A model generated the notes under the pieces. That model searched no databases. It saw only the letters and a program-made list of their open reading frames with translations, and had not been told where the DNA came from. The position numbers were made by a program, and so were the translations under genes. From assembly GCA_963806535.1 (NCBI GenBank), contig CAWDYC010000008.1:139614-203613 (forward strand): a stretch of DNA of 64,000 nt, written 5' to 3'. This DNA comes from Candidatus Bathyarchaeota archaeon (GTDB lineage Archaea; Thermoproteota; Bathyarchaeia; Bathyarchaeales; Bathycorpusculaceae). Every line of letters begins with the position of its first letter. Position 1 is the first letter of the stretch. Positions 21,356-32,193 of this stretch are shown in pieces.

Positions 21356-22099
21356 CTAAACGTCTTTCCATCGCGTCTTTTTTATGGCAATGAACAAAAT
21401 GATTGCGGTGACTATTATCAAAACTGCCCAATCAAGAATTAACAAGCTGCTTGATATTTTGAGGTAGCCGGTTGCTGAATGCATAATTTCTGCAGCATAT
21501 GTTGTGGGGGAAAAATAAGCAAGATAGTTGAATGGTGCAGGAATATAAGTTATAGGATAATAAACTGGTGGTAGAGTGGCAAACAATAGCGAAAGAAGTC
21601 GAGAAAAACCATAGCTTTGAACTACATCATTTGAAAAAGTGGATAACATGAACCCTAAAGCCACTGAGATAGCAAACATCAACAATAATACGATGGATAG
21701 GATTGCTATTTGAAGAAGCGAAGGGTGCAGGTAGATTCCAGTTAGCACAATAAGGATAAAGATACCTGGAATTGAGTACACTATTTCCGCTAATGCCATT
21801 CCACCCATATACAAGCGGGAGCTTGTTGGCGAACTCACAATCATGTCTTGAAGCTTGAAATCATTTTTTAGGTGAGAAAGGTCTGATTGCAGGGCAATGC
21901 CGCTTGAGAAAAAAATCATTATTAACCCACCTTCGATTGCTGTTCCAAAAAGGGCGCCGTTTGTTACGAAGGTAACGACTGCCAGAAGCGAAAGCGGCGA
22001 AATAACTGTACTGATCAGTACAATGGGGTAGTTTTTCATTTCATAGATGGCGTTTACAAGCACACCTGCTAGAATCTGACTGAGTCTGTTTCGCCTCAA
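21356..22099 (-). CDS. ABC-2 type transporter permease
   Basis: Six TM segments, PVYYP...PTTYAAE; adjacent to the ATPase gene. Confidence 0.88.
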   Translation of the reverse strand: MRRNRLSQILAGVLVNAIYEMKNYPIVLISTVISPLSLLAVVTFVTNGALFGTAIEGGLIMIFFSSGIALQSDLSHLKNDFKLQDMIVSSPTSSRLYMGGMALAEIVYSIPGIFILIVLTGIYLHPSLLQIAILSIVLLLMFAISVALGFMLSTFSNDVVQSYGFSRLLSLLFATLPPVYYPITYIPAPFNYLAYFSPTTYAAEIMHSATGYLKISSSLLILDWAVLIIVTAIILFIAIKKTRWKDV

Positions 22100-23002
22100 T
22101 TATGTATCTCCTGCTTTTCGCCCCACAAGGCTAAAGAAAATATCGTCTAAAGTAACTGGTGTAATAGAGAATTTTACTCCTTGTTCTGCGAACTGTTTAG
22201 CCAATCGGAAAGCCTCCTCTTCATGAGTCATTACTTGGGTAATTCCCGTTTTGCTTGCGGTTACTTCGGCGTCTTTCAAAGTTGGAAGAGGTGTGTTGGG
22301 AGGCAGCTTAATGCTGTATTGATATTTTGAGCTATGTCTCAGTTCTGAAAGGGTACCTTCTGAAACTAATCTTCCATCATTAAGAATACCTATTTTGTCT
22401 GCGAGTTGCTCTGCTTCTTCAAGGTAGTGAGTGGTAAGAAAAATAAATCGGTCTCTTCCTAGAGCTCGAAGAATTTCCCAAAGTTCTCGTCTTGAGATTG
22501 GATCAAGACCGGTTGTGGGTTCGTCAAGAAAGATAATGTCTGCTTCTGAAGCAGTTACCGTGGCGATAAGAACTTTCCTTTTTGTTCCACCCGAGAGACG
22601 ACTATTCAAAACGTTTGCGTACTGTTCTAAGCCTAGATTTGCAAGCGAAATGTCGGCAAGCTTTTTTGCATCATTGTAGTTGTATCCTCGCCAAAGAAGA
22701 TAGGAAAAAACGGTTTGCTTAGGAGTCATCCATCTTATTGTTCTAGCTTCCTGAGGGACAATCGCAATTTTTTCTCTCAATTGATTTTCTTGTGTAAGTA
22801 TGTTGAAACCGTTGATGCATGCGGTTCCAGCGGTGGGTTCAAGCTCGGTGGCGAGGATTCGGATAAGTGTGGTTTTTCCTGCGCCGTTTCTGCCGATTAA
22901 ACCAAAAATACCTTTACTTTCAACAGATAAATTTACATCTTCAAGTGCTTTTCTTTGGTCCTCGTAAATCTTCGTTAATCCGTAACACTCAAGCGTTCCC
23001 AT
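22100..23002 (-). CDS. ABC transporter ATP-binding protein
   Basis: GRNGAGKTT, LSGG, FLDEPTTGLD, TTHYLEEA. Confidence 0.95.
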   Translation of the reverse strand: MGTLECYGLTKIYEDQRKALEDVNLSVESKGIFGLIGRNGAGKTTLIRILATELEPTAGTACINGFNILTQENQLREKIAIVPQEARTIRWMTPKQTVFSYLLWRGYNYNDAKKLADISLANLGLEQYANVLNSRLSGGTKRKVLIATVTASEADIIFLDEPTTGLDPISRRELWEILRALGRDRFIFLTTHYLEEAEQLADKIGILNDGRLVSEGTLSELRHSSKYQYSIKLPPNTPLPTLKDAEVTASKTGITQVMTHEEEAFRLAKQFAEQGVKFSITPVTLDDIFFSLVGRKAGDT

Positions 23003-23122
23003 TCGGCATTACATCAGGAAAACATGAATTAAATCAGGTATATTTGGTTTGTAATTTTAGATTTTCAACGTTAGCTAGGTTTATATTAAAATTCTCAACT
23101 AGTCAACTAGGAAGAAATAATT

Positions 23123-24148
23123 ATGCTTGTACATTTACTCCCGTGGGACACAAAACTTAACCTCGTAGAGGAGGCAAATCGGCTTTATGATGCTGCTGGA
23201 ACTTTCGATAGCATACAAAAAGGTGATCTTGTAGCCGTTAAACTGCATGTAGGCGAATTAGGCAACCCATATTATGTACAACCAGTTTTCGTCCATGACA
23301 TTATCCGCAGGGTTAAGGAAGTTGGGGGCAAACCATTCCTCACAGATTCCAACACATACTATCACGCCCAACGCAATAATGCCTACGACCACATGAATAA
23401 CGCATTAATGAACGGTTTCAACATGGCTCCATTTATCGTAGCAGACGGGTTAAAAAGCGAAAATTACCAAGTTGTGCCGACAAAAGGGATTCTTAAAGAG
23501 ATTGAAGTCTCAGGCGCAATTGCAGAAGCCGACGCCATGATTGTTATATCGCATGACAAGGGTCATGAGCTCAGTGGGTTCGGCGGCGCCATAAAAAACC
23601 TTGGCATGGGTTGCACACCCAGAGCGGGCAAGCTTCGGCAACATAGAACTGTAGGTTTAGAAATAGACCAAACAAAATGCATAGGCTGCGGCAAATGTAA
23701 AGAGAACTGTGAAATGAATTTGCCGGAGATTATTGAGGGAAAAGCAAGAAATGCCTCAAATCTTTGCATGCGCTGTCCAATGTGCAAGCATGGTTGTCCA
23801 ATGGAAGCCATAAGTTTCGTCAATCAGGAAAATATTTGTAAGGCACTTGCTTCAGCCGCTTTTGGGGTCCTCTCAACTTTTAAGGCAAACAAAGTTTCAT
23901 TTGTCAGTTTCGCCAAAGACATTACTCCAAACTGCGATTGCTTGCCCAGTCCAGGTGAAGTCATGATGAAGGATGTGGGCATTTTTGCATCAGATTCGCC
24001 AGTCTCCATTGATGCTTCATTTCTATCTATGATTGATTACAAAATATTTAATGACATATCTCATGTGGATTGTATGTTGCAAGTTCATGAAGCAAGGGCA
24101 TTAGGCATTAAAGGTGAAGTGAAACCAAAAATAACTACGTTAAACTAG
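23123..24148 (+). CDS. DUF362-domain Fe-S protein with a 2x[4Fe-4S] ferredoxin insert
   Basis: AVKLHVGE.GN, KGHE.SGFGGAIKNLGMGC, two CxxCxxCxxxC motifs, CDC. Confidence 0.9.
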   Translation: MLVHLLPWDTKLNLVEEANRLYDAAGTFDSIQKGDLVAVKLHVGELGNPYYVQPVFVHDIIRRVKEVGGKPFLTDSNTYYHAQRNNAYDHMNNALMNGFNMAPFIVADGLKSENYQVVPTKGILKEIEVSGAIAEADAMIVISHDKGHELSGFGGAIKNLGMGCTPRAGKLRQHRTVGLEIDQTKCIGCGKCKENCEMNLPEIIEGKARNASNLCMRCPMCKHGCPMEAISFVNQENICKALASAAFGVLSTFKANKVSFVSFAKDITPNCDCLPSPGEVMMKDVGIFASDSPVSIDASFLSMIDYKIFNDISHVDCMLQVHEARALGIKGEVKPKITTLN

Positions 24149-24151
24149 CAA

Positions 24152-24943
24152 CTACTGCTTCATCCAACTACGTTTTATTGCTTCTGCCCTAATTCTTTTT
24201 CTTCTAATTAATAGAATAACCAGCAAAACCAAGATGCCTACAACACTTGCTAAAATTAAGTATCGAGAAATGCCAGCAACCTCAGCCCAGTTTTTCCCCA
24301 AATAATACCCGACATAAATCAAGATCACATTCCAAACGATACATCCCGCTGTCGTAAAAACTATAAATTTCGGTAATTTCATCCTAACTGCCCCAGCAGG
24401 AAACGAAACTATAGTTCTGAAGCCAGGTATGAGACGGCTGAAAAACACCATTGAGGCCCCATTCTTGTTAAACCATGATGCAGCAATTTTAAGTTGAGTC
24501 TGAGATAAGATCACTCTACCTAAAATCTTGTGTTTAGCAAGAGATTGAACACCTTTTAATCCTATATAGTAATCAATAAGCGATCCTGTTATTCCCGCAG
24601 CAGTTGCAATTGGTACAGTGATCCACACGTTTAGGATGCCCTTTGAAATCAAGTAACCTGCAAAAGGTAGAACTACCTCGCTTGGAATAGGCAGAGAACT
24701 CGATTCAAGCAACATCAAAACAAAGATACCGGTGTACCCCCAAGACTGAACTGTGTCTTTTACATTATGAGTAAAAGAAATTACGGCGCTAATCAATGGT
24801 CCACTTGTCATTGTAGCACCTTCGATAAAGACATCTTCCAAAATCTCAAACATCAAATAAACAAAGATGGCTATGGCTATACCTGCAACAATCAATTGCG
24901 GCGCTTTTTTGCGCAGTTTCCCAAGACGTTGTTTGGAGACCAA
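24152..24943 (-). CDS. DedA family membrane protein
   Basis: LESSSLPIPSEVVLPFAG, FSRLIPGFRT.VSFPAG. Confidence 0.93.
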   Translation of the reverse strand: MVSKQRLGKLRKKAPQLIVAGIAIAIFVYLMFEILEDVFIEGATMTSGPLISAVISFTHNVKDTVQSWGYTGIFVLMLLESSSLPIPSEVVLPFAGYLISKGILNVWITVPIATAAGITGSLIDYYIGLKGVQSLAKHKILGRVILSQTQLKIAASWFNKNGASMVFFSRLIPGFRTIVSFPAGAVRMKLPKFIVFTTAGCIVWNVILIYVGYYLGKNWAEVAGISRYLILASVVGILVLLVILLIRRKRIRAEAIKRSWMKQ

Positions 24944-25098
24944 TAGACATCGCTTTTAACCTAATTGCTGACTTTGAATTATTTTAGTCTATGGCAAAAT
25001 GTAGCTCTGCCCCAACACCGCGTGAGGTTCGTTTTTGTTATTGTTCCAAAATAGAGAGTTTTTGATAATTGCAACTTTGAAAGAAAAAATGGGTTTGT

Positions 25099-25981
25099 TT
25101 AGTTGAATTCTTTTCTTTCGAACAACAGTAACCCCAAAATTGCAGTAATGATGAAGTAGAGTCCTATGATTGCGAGTCCTTCTGGGATAGTTGCGTTAAA
25201 TTGCGTAACGGTCAAAACACGGCGACCTATGTCTTGGGAAATTACGACGCTGTGGGCGGGGTAAGTTGAACTTAATACGTTTCCTATTATTCCTGCGCCG
25301 TAAGTTAGAACAAACCATGGTTCAATTCCGACAAGGTCTGAGACGAGCGTTTGAATTAAGCGTGAATCCAAACAATAAGAGAATAACTGTTGTAAGAATT
25401 GATATGGAACTACTCTTAAACAGCGAACTGAAAAAGAACGTGAACCCCATAACTGCCGCAAGATAAATCCATGCGAAAAGCAAAGATTCAAGGAATTGGT
25501 ACGGCACACCTGCTGAGCCAAAATAGTAAACTCCATTAGCGATTGTAATCACGGTGAATACGACGAGTATTGCTGTAGCAGCTAAGAAAGCCGACAGCCA
25601 TTTTCCAATGTATATTGAAGATCTTCTAATTGGGTTAGGAATTCCGAAGTAACCTGTCTTATTTTGGAATTCCCCTGAAATAGCGTCTCCGCCGAAGAAA
25701 ATTCCAGAAAGTATAATTACAAAAGTAACGATACTGAAGCTACTTGCGCCTCCCCACCAACTGGAATAGAACCCTAAGTTTGTAGTTAGAAAGCTGTCAG
25801 GTCGTCGCCAAGCTACTACTATAGTTAGAGCTGCGGCTATCAACAGGGTAATAATCAGCAGTATAAGGAATCTGCGTGACCTGAAGTATTCGAGAAATGT
25901 GTACTTCATTGTGATACCAATTTGCGCCATACTGCTTGGCACTTTATTTGCATTTGTTTCTGTTTCGACCATGTTTATCAC
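25099..25981 (-). CDS. ABC-2 permease, split by a +1 frameshift near 25358
   Basis: GGDAISGEFQNKTG...IYIGK motif in the first ORF; continuation ends FERKEFN in another frame. Confidence 0.85.
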
Positions 25982-26919
25982 ACCGTTTCCTTGATAAGAT
26001 TAAGATAGACATCTTCAAGTTCTGAGGACGCTACTCTGTAACTAATAATGCCAATATTCAGTTTTACCAAATCTGAAAGAAGCCTTTCTTGCACATCTAA
26101 GCCTCCGCTGAATTTAATTCGCAAGTTTTTACCATCTGGTTGTTCCGCTGAGACTACATCCGGAAGTTTGGCGATCTTTTGTGTTATCAATTGGGCATCA
26201 ATGGGACGCTGAAGCCCAACTTCAACCATGTTTGAGCCTCCAGAAAATTTGGCAGTGACATTTGAAATTGTGTCATATACGAGCAGTTTTCCATGGTCAA
26301 TCATGGCTACTTCATCGCATACTTCTGAAACTTCATTAAGAATGTGAGAGCTCATGAAAATTAGTCTATTCTTGCTCTTCAAAGATTTGACAATATCTCT
26401 GACTTCACTCATCCCTCTTGGATCAAGTCCAGTGGTTGGTTCGTCTAGAAGAAGGATACATGGGTTACTGAGAAGTGTAGAAGCAATGCAAATTCTCTGT
26501 TTCATTCCCTTGGAAAATCTGCCGACTCTCTTATCGATCCACTCGCTCATGTGCACTTCAGAGACAGCGTCTTCTATTCTCTTCTTAATCTCTGTTGCCG
26601 GCACTCCCCGTATTTCAGCAATCATCGACAACGCTTCACGTGGGGTTAATGAAGAATAGATTTCCGGAGTCTCAATTAATGTAGCAACAGATGCCAACGC
26701 TTTTTTCTTCTCAGTGTGCACGTTAATACCGTTTATTAGTGCTTCACCAGAAGTAGGACGAATTAAATCTGTGAACATTTTGAGCGTGGTTGTTTTTCCT
26801 GCGCCGTTTGGACCCAGAAAACCTACGCATTTAGCCCCTTCAAGCTTCAGGTTTAAAGCTGAGAGAGCTGTGAATGAGCCGTATTGTTTAGTTAAATTAA
26901 CCGCTTCTATTGATGGCAT
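25978..26919 (-). CDS. ABC transporter ATP-binding protein
   Basis: GPNGAGKTT, FSKGMKQR, LLDEPTTGLD, SSHIL. Confidence 0.95.
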   Translation of the reverse strand: MPSIEAVNLTKQYGSFTALSALNLKLEGAKCVGFLGPNGAGKTTTLKMFTDLIRPTSGEALINGINVHTEKKKALASVATLIETPEIYSSLTPREALSMIAEIRGVPATEIKKRIEDAVSEVHMSEWIDKRVGRFSKGMKQRICIASTLLSNPCILLLDEPTTGLDPRGMSEVRDIVKSLKSKNRLIFMSSHILNEVSEVCDEVAMIDHGKLLVYDTISNVTAKFSGGSNMVEVGLQRPIDAQLITQKIAKLPDVVSAEQPDGKNLRIKFSGGLDVQERLLSDLVKLNIGIISYRVASSELEDVYLNLIKETV

Positions 26920-26989
26920 CGATATCCCAAAGCCGTAACGAGATTCATGCTTAAAAGGAGTACTCATTCGGAGGGAGTTTTCAATAAGA

Positions 26990-27286
26990 TTAAGTTCGCA
27001 AACGTAGCCTTGGAAACTTAAGTTGTCCTACATACTTCATTATCCACTGCACCAACTCGTCGTATGCCTCTGAGCCTGCCTTCGTCAAAACAACCGCCCC
27101 TTCATTATCAACCTCGACAAAGTCTTTCTCAGACATCCAAACCAAGTATTTTACCAACTTATCGTAGGCTAACCCTGTGGAAGTTGCTAGGGCGGTCTTG
27201 TTCATCTTGTTTTTCTCTTTCAACGCCTTGATTATTCGGGCGATGACGTAGAGGTCAGGTTTGGAACTCGGCTCTCCTGATTTCAA
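26990..27286 (-). CDS. Small winged-HTH transcriptional regulator
   Basis: MNKTALATSTGLAYDKLVKYL...LTKAG wHTH pattern. Confidence 0.8.
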   Translation of the reverse strand: MKSGEPSSKPDLYVIARIIKALKEKNKMNKTALATSTGLAYDKLVKYLVWMSEKDFVEVDNEGAVVLTKAGSEAYDELVQWIMKYVGQLKFPRLRLRT

Positions 27287-27965
27287 GGCTAAACCACCTG
27301 AGCTCCAAAAGAAGCATATCTAAAGCATGAATTTCTTTGTAACGCCTCAAAAGATCGCGACCCAGCAGCAAAAGAACAAGAATTAATGCAAACGTAACGG
27401 ATACGAATGTACTGAGAAAAATGGGTCTGTGCAGGAAGTAAAATGTCAAAGCACTACCAACTAGTTGCAGACCAAAAAACATAACCAGCCAATAAGCCGC
27501 TGCCTTCAGCCATCCGTATACAGTGTAGCTAAGTTTTCCCATTGAGATTTCGTCAAGAGTGGTATCCCAATCAAGCTCTATCAATATTTCCAATGCAAAC
27601 GGAAATCCGCCTGAAAGCTTCTCTTTCCATTCCCCAGTCTTGACTGAATTTATCCGTCTTTTAACGTAAAATACTCCTGCTGTTAAGCCTATTAACGGAA
27701 TAAGAAGCAGTATGAAACCAAAGATGAAACTTTGAGCGCTTCTTGATGCAGGATCAAACCCTAGAATTGTGAATAAAACGCCGGTCACAAGAGAAATGGC
27801 GATTGAACCGATAACTATGAGGGAGAATTTCTTGAGTGAACGAGATAGGGCGTTATAGCGTTTTATGTGATCGAGGGTTTCCATCAGCTCTGAAACTTTA
27901 GAAACGACCCTGTTTTCGCTTAGCACTGAATCTTTCATTTCGCCTTTGACTCTGTTTTGTGACAT
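27255..27965 (-). CDS. Hypothetical membrane protein (4 TM)
   Basis: Four hydrophobic helices; overlaps the downstream wHTH gene. Confidence 0.75.
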   Translation of the reverse strand: MSQNRVKGEMKDSVLSENRVVSKVSELMETLDHIKRYNALSRSLKKFSLIVIGSIAISLVTGVLFTILGFDPASRSAQSFIFGFILLLIPLIGLTAGVFYVKRRINSVKTGEWKEKLSGGFPFALEILIELDWDTTLDEISMGKLSYTVYGWLKAAAYWLVMFFGLQLVGSALTFYFLHRPIFLSTFVSVTFALILVLLLLGRDLLRRYKEIHALDMLLLELRWFSLEIRRAEFQT

Positions 27966-28094
27966 CGAAATCCTTGTTTCCGTTTCATTGAAGGGGCAAA
28001 GACTGAAGGGAAATATAAAGTGAACTCCCTCCCAATGAGCAAGAAATACCTTCAGGTTTCACTCATCTTGAATTGATATAGGAGAGTTGGTTTT

Positions 28095-28427
28095 TTGGAA
28101 TCAGGCTACGTTAGAATTGCTGACAAATCGGAAGTACTAATTGGGAAAATGAAAAAAGTATCAGTTCAAGGAAAAGAGATTTTGGTAGCAAACGTAAACG
28201 GGAGTTTCTATGCGATAGGCAATGTATGTACTCATGAACGTGGAGATCTTTCACAAGGAACACTTGAAGACAACTTTGTCACTTGTCCAAGGCATAAATC
28301 AAAATTCGACGTCACTACAGGCAAAGTGGTTTCGCCTCCGAAAATGGTTCTGTTTCACCCGAAAATAGCGGATGAACCATCCTTCAGTGTTAAAACAGAA
28401 AATAACGACATATTAATTAAAATATGA
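28095..28427 (+). CDS. Rieske-type [2Fe-2S] ferredoxin
   Basis: CTH...CPRH ligand pattern. Confidence 0.92.
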   Translation: MESGYVRIADKSEVLIGKMKKVSVQGKEILVANVNGSFYAIGNVCTHERGDLSQGTLEDNFVTCPRHKSKFDVTTGKVVSPPKMVLFHPKIADEPSFSVKTENNDILIKI

Positions 28428-28569
28428 TTTCTAATTTATGCCGTTTTGCCCCTTCGTTCTTCATTTGGGTAAAGTATTTTAGCTCATCACCTTTTGTATC
28501 TGGAAACATTGGATCGTATTTAGGGTTGAAGTGGCATGAAGATTAGGTACCGCTCAAAGTGCAGGTAGG

Positions 28570-29124
28570 TTGTTTGGTGTGACCATCCAGAATGCAATAG
28601 AGTATGTTGTGGGGCGGTTTATCCGCTTGTTTACTAAGTTGCCTTTGAGGGGAATTATTCATTTGGTTTCGCAGAAAGGTACATTTATGGATTATTTTAA
28701 GGGCTTCGAGAAAAATATTGCTGTTCGAAGAATATTTGGGGAAGAAACTGAAAAAATTCTCAAGAACCTTAAGGTAGAGTTCATCTGGTTCGGTTACATG
28801 GGAGTCGAAGATAACGATGGACACCTGATTGTGAACAAGCGTTACTTGACCACTGGAAGCCGAATAGACATTTATCTGGACGTCATTCACGAACTCTGCC
28901 ACGTTAAGCAGCATATGGAAAAAAGAGACCTTTTTGACCCACGCTACGATTACGTAGATAGACCAACCGAAATCGAAGCATACCGTTACGCTGTGCAGGA
29001 AGCAAAACGCATTGGGCTAAGTGCAACAAAAATTCGTCAGTACCTTAAAACTGAAATGATGAGCGTTGAAGTTTTAGACAGGCTAATTAGGAACATGAAA
29101 GTGAACCTTGAAGAAAAACCATGA
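28570..29124 (+). CDS. Hypothetical protein with an HExxH zinc-metalloprotease-like motif
   Basis: IHELCHV...EIEAY; start uncertain. Confidence 0.7.
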   Translation: MFGVTIQNAIEYVVGRFIRLFTKLPLRGIIHLVSQKGTFMDYFKGFEKNIAVRRIFGEETEKILKNLKVEFIWFGYMGVEDNDGHLIVNKRYLTTGSRIDIYLDVIHELCHVKQHMEKRDLFDPRYDYVDRPTEIEAYRYAVQEAKRIGLSATKIRQYLKTEMMSVEVLDRLIRNMKVNLEEKP

Positions 29125-29205
29125 GCTCTCTCAAATTAAAATCAGATTCAACATCTGTTTATCACTTTAAGTACGTTAAATAAGTCATATCTCAAAAAAG
29201 AGCTG

Positions 29206-29377
29206 TGGTGGGGCCGGCCGGATTTGAACCGACGACCTTTACCCAAGAACCGCGCAAGGCAGTTCTTTACGGGTTTCTCTAGACACGCTCCAGAACTTCG
29301 TCATTCCTCTGAGCGAGGTCAGCAAACCCGTTGCTTCTTCTGGAGCCCGTCGTCATACCTGTCTAGACTACGACCCC
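29206..29377 (-). tRNA. tRNA-Trp(CCA) with two introns (37/38, 65 nt; 43/44, 30 nt) and encoded CCA end
   Basis: Acceptor GGGGTCG/CGGCCCC-A-CCA, anticodon stem ACGGG/CCCGT with CT-CCA-G, T-arm GTCGG-TTCAAAT-CCGGC; introns 29275-29339 and 29239-29268. Confidence 0.92.
29275..29339 (-). ncRNA. Intron-encoded C/D-box guide RNA for tRNA-Trp 2'-O-methylation
   Basis: ACGGGTTTG-CTGA (fifth nt upstream of the box pairs with C39); ATGACGA C'-like box; TTCTGGAGC complementary to the anticodon region. Confidence 0.75.
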
Positions 29378-29422
29378 ACCTAGGCACGGCAATTAAGTGA
29401 ATTTAGAGTAATAAAAGTTTAT

Positions 29423-30060
29423 TCATTGATTAGATGGCTGAGGTTGCGTTTCGTGTAGAATTTTGTAGCCAACGGTAATTATCCAGACTGCTCCGGCGAG
29501 ACCCGAGATGATTTCTGGAATAGCTACGTTCGAGGCATAATGAATTATGAAAATAGAGAACCCATGGAGTGGCAGCGGCTATAGCAACAAGTATCGTGAA
29601 CATTGCCATCTTTGTTTGATGTTTAACTGCAAAAGCGCCTGTAAAAATCAGTAGAGAAATTGGCAGAAACACAAAGAAAGCAACAGAAACCAAGTAATGC
29701 GTCGGAGAAAAATTTTCATTAAATATTCCTATACAGATTAACGCTATTGTAGCTATTGCAAAGACGCCTGCGCCAATTTTACCAAGCAAATTTCCCTTAA
29801 AATATGAATACATGCCAAATATTGCAAAGTTAAAGGCAAGAAGCCCACAAGCGACCAATCCGAAATTGAAAATTATCCCTGTAACACCTGGTATGACTCC
29901 TAAGTCGCTTAGGGCATTATTTGTCCAGCTGAAACTGGGAATAGGTTGCGATGGCTATTATGATGCAGATGAATGCGAAGATGGGTGCTACTACTCCGCT
30001 TGCCGCTCCAATTCTTTGCAAACTGTTGGCTCCAGAGTCAGACAAACCTTGATTCCTCAA
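29423..30060 (-). CDS. DUF998 membrane protein with two +1 frameshifts (~29930, ~29545)
   Basis: FSWTNNALSDLG, FNFGL, IGIFNE...H..VSVAFF and VAIPE motifs spread across three frames. Confidence 0.8.
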
Positions 30061-30084
30061 CAATCTTTATGGGTTTAACTTGTT

Positions 30085-31222
30085 TTAAGAGTTTGCATCC
30101 TCTGGAACAAACCGTCTCAGATTCTGAAGCGAATGCAGTTTCTCTTTCTCGCCGATTTTCGCTTGCTGCACTGATTCTTTGAGGATTTGGATTGATTCAT
30201 CCATTGCTTTGCGGTCAACTGGATATGGAACCCCGTCTTTGCCGCCGAATGCAAAACTGAATTTCACTGGGTCTTCCCAACTTGGCTTTTCACCATAAAC
30301 CAACTCTGCTACAAGAGCTAAACCTCGAACTGTGGCTGGTCCAACTCCTTTCACGCTTAAGAGTTCCTCGTAGTTGCTGGGTTGAAACTCGTAGACTCGG
30401 CTCAGCGTATCCCAATTGATGTTTCTGGGCATGTTTAGCGTATTGAGGGTTTGCTGCCATGGGTCATCTGTTTTTGGTAGCCAATTTTGCAGCGAGGCTT
30501 GGTTGAGTGGTTTTGCTGTGGATTGAATGAGATTCATGAGTTTGCGTGTGGGTTCCTTGGCAAGGTCAACGGACGCTTTTCTTGCGGCTTCGCTGTCTTT
30601 TGCCACCATGTTTAGGGCTGTTTCACGTTTTGTGTCTCCGACTATAGCGTTGTGGGGTTCAACAACAAAATCAGCTACGTTATCTGATAGCCAATGGTAA
30701 CGTCTTGCCGAGCGGTCTTGCTCGCTCATGCCCTGCTGAATAACCGCCCACTCCTCATCTCTTAGTTACTAAGAAGGCGTGATGATACAGTTGGTATCCC
30801 GCTTGAATTGCAGCGTTGTCAACTTTTGCAGCCATCTTGCTGTTGTAAGTTAGGGTTTGGATTGTTTCTTCTGAGAAACCAAACTTTTCACCTGCCAATG
30901 CGATGTCGCTTGGTGTTTTCTTTGAGGTTTTGCCTTTTCCTCCGCAGACAGCGATGCCGTGCTCTTCCGGCGATATAGCGCCTTTGAGGATGCCTGTGAC
31001 TACGGTGGTTACTCCGCTGCTGTGCCAGTCGTAGGCTAAAACGCAGCCGAAAGCTTGAAACCAAAACGGATCCGACAAACGTTGAATAAAAGCGGCTGCA
31101 CCATACTCCTCAATCATAATGTCCGCTATTTCTTTGGCCAGTTTACGCATGCGCACAGTAAGCCATGAAGGTGCTTTTCCGCCGTGAAGAGGTAGGTTTG
31201 CAACGCCAGTTCTAAACATCAT
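30085..31222 (-). CDS. DUF763 domain protein, frameshift near 30757
   Basis: LPLHGGKAP.WL, GCVL.YDWHSSG.TT, WAVIQQGM, ARRYHW, FAFGGKDGVPYPVD. Confidence 0.88.
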
Positions 31223-31307
31223 ATATTCACTTGTGATGGACAGCTTCTGATATATTGATTTTTCTTATTGGCACAGTAGCTATTTAGGTATTTTTGCTTC
31301 GGACAGC

Positions 31308-31445
31308 GCAATTTTGTTGTTTGTGTTTTGGGTTGCTTTCTTGGTTTAGGGTTTGTTTTGTTTGCAGGTTGCGTCTTTAAATGTAGGAAAATGTAGAAAT
31401 CTGTGAGAATCTGAGAAATGTAGAAAAATGTAAGAAAAAGGAAGA
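31308..31445 (+). repeat. Leader + decamer-array element, copy B
   Basis: Leader 31308-31368 ending TGTTTGCAGG; units GTCTTTAAAT, GTAGGAAAAT, GTAGAAATCT, GTGAGAATCT, GAGAAAT, GTAGAAAAAT, GTAAGAAAAA from 31373. Confidence 0.8.
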
Positions 31446-31501
31446 AGTTGGCGTAAACTTTCAAGAAGTGAAGCTTAGGCATCTCTACTGCATTTTCTTA
31501 C

Positions 31502-31650
31502 GCAAATTTGTTCTTTGTGTTTTGGATTGTTTTCTTGGTTTGGGGTTTGTGGTGTTTGCAGGATGCGTCACTATAAGTCACTAGAAGTCATAGGAAGTCA
31601 CCAAAAGTCACTACGCGTCATAAAAAGTCACAGAAAGTCACAAAAAGACC
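31502..31650 (+). repeat. Leader + decamer-array element, copy C
   Basis: Leader 31502-31562; 8 decamers starting GTCA from 31567 to 31646. Confidence 0.85.
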
Positions 31651-31697
31651 CTGCCCAGCTCTTAAATCTTGAAAACCTCCACAGCACCTAACAAAAA

Positions 31698-31845
31698 TTA
31701 TTTTGAATCCCAATCAGATTCGCCCCAATACAAATCCTGCAGTTCAACAGCGCTAAGCTGCTTACCCGCGCCCACCTTAAGTTCCGTACCACAGTCAGGA
31801 CACTGAATAGTTTCGCCAGGCAACGGAAACGGAAACACAACGCTG
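31698..31845 (-). pseudogene. LysW/ArgW-like zinc-ribbon 3' fragment
   Basis: PGETIQCPDCGTELKV...DLYWGE resembles the LysW C-terminal half; first CxxC and start missing. Confidence 0.5.
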
Positions 31846-32193
31846 CTGAAGGAATTGGAAGAACTCAAAAAAGACCGATTTAAACAGCAAGAGTTGACCA
31901 AGATACTTGATAAGCTGCAGACTGAGGATGAAAAGAGAAAAATGATTCAAGAAGTCATGGAAAACTTAGGGTTAAAACAATCACAGCTATAAAACATGAA
32001 GATTCAAAAATTGATCTAAATGATGCTGTTGATAAGTTAGCTCAAGTTTATGAGAAGAAAGATTTAGAACGGGTTTTGAAGGAGAACAGAAACGGAGATT
32101 CTTAATTCTCCATTATTTTCCTTAATTATGACTAACAATAAGTTCAATTTTTAATAAACCTTAAATCCGCATTGCGAAGAAATAGCAATAAAC

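Noticed and set aside
31567-31646. Decamer arrays as CRISPR
   Set aside because: The units are 10 bp with no unique spacers, and there are no cas genes in the window.
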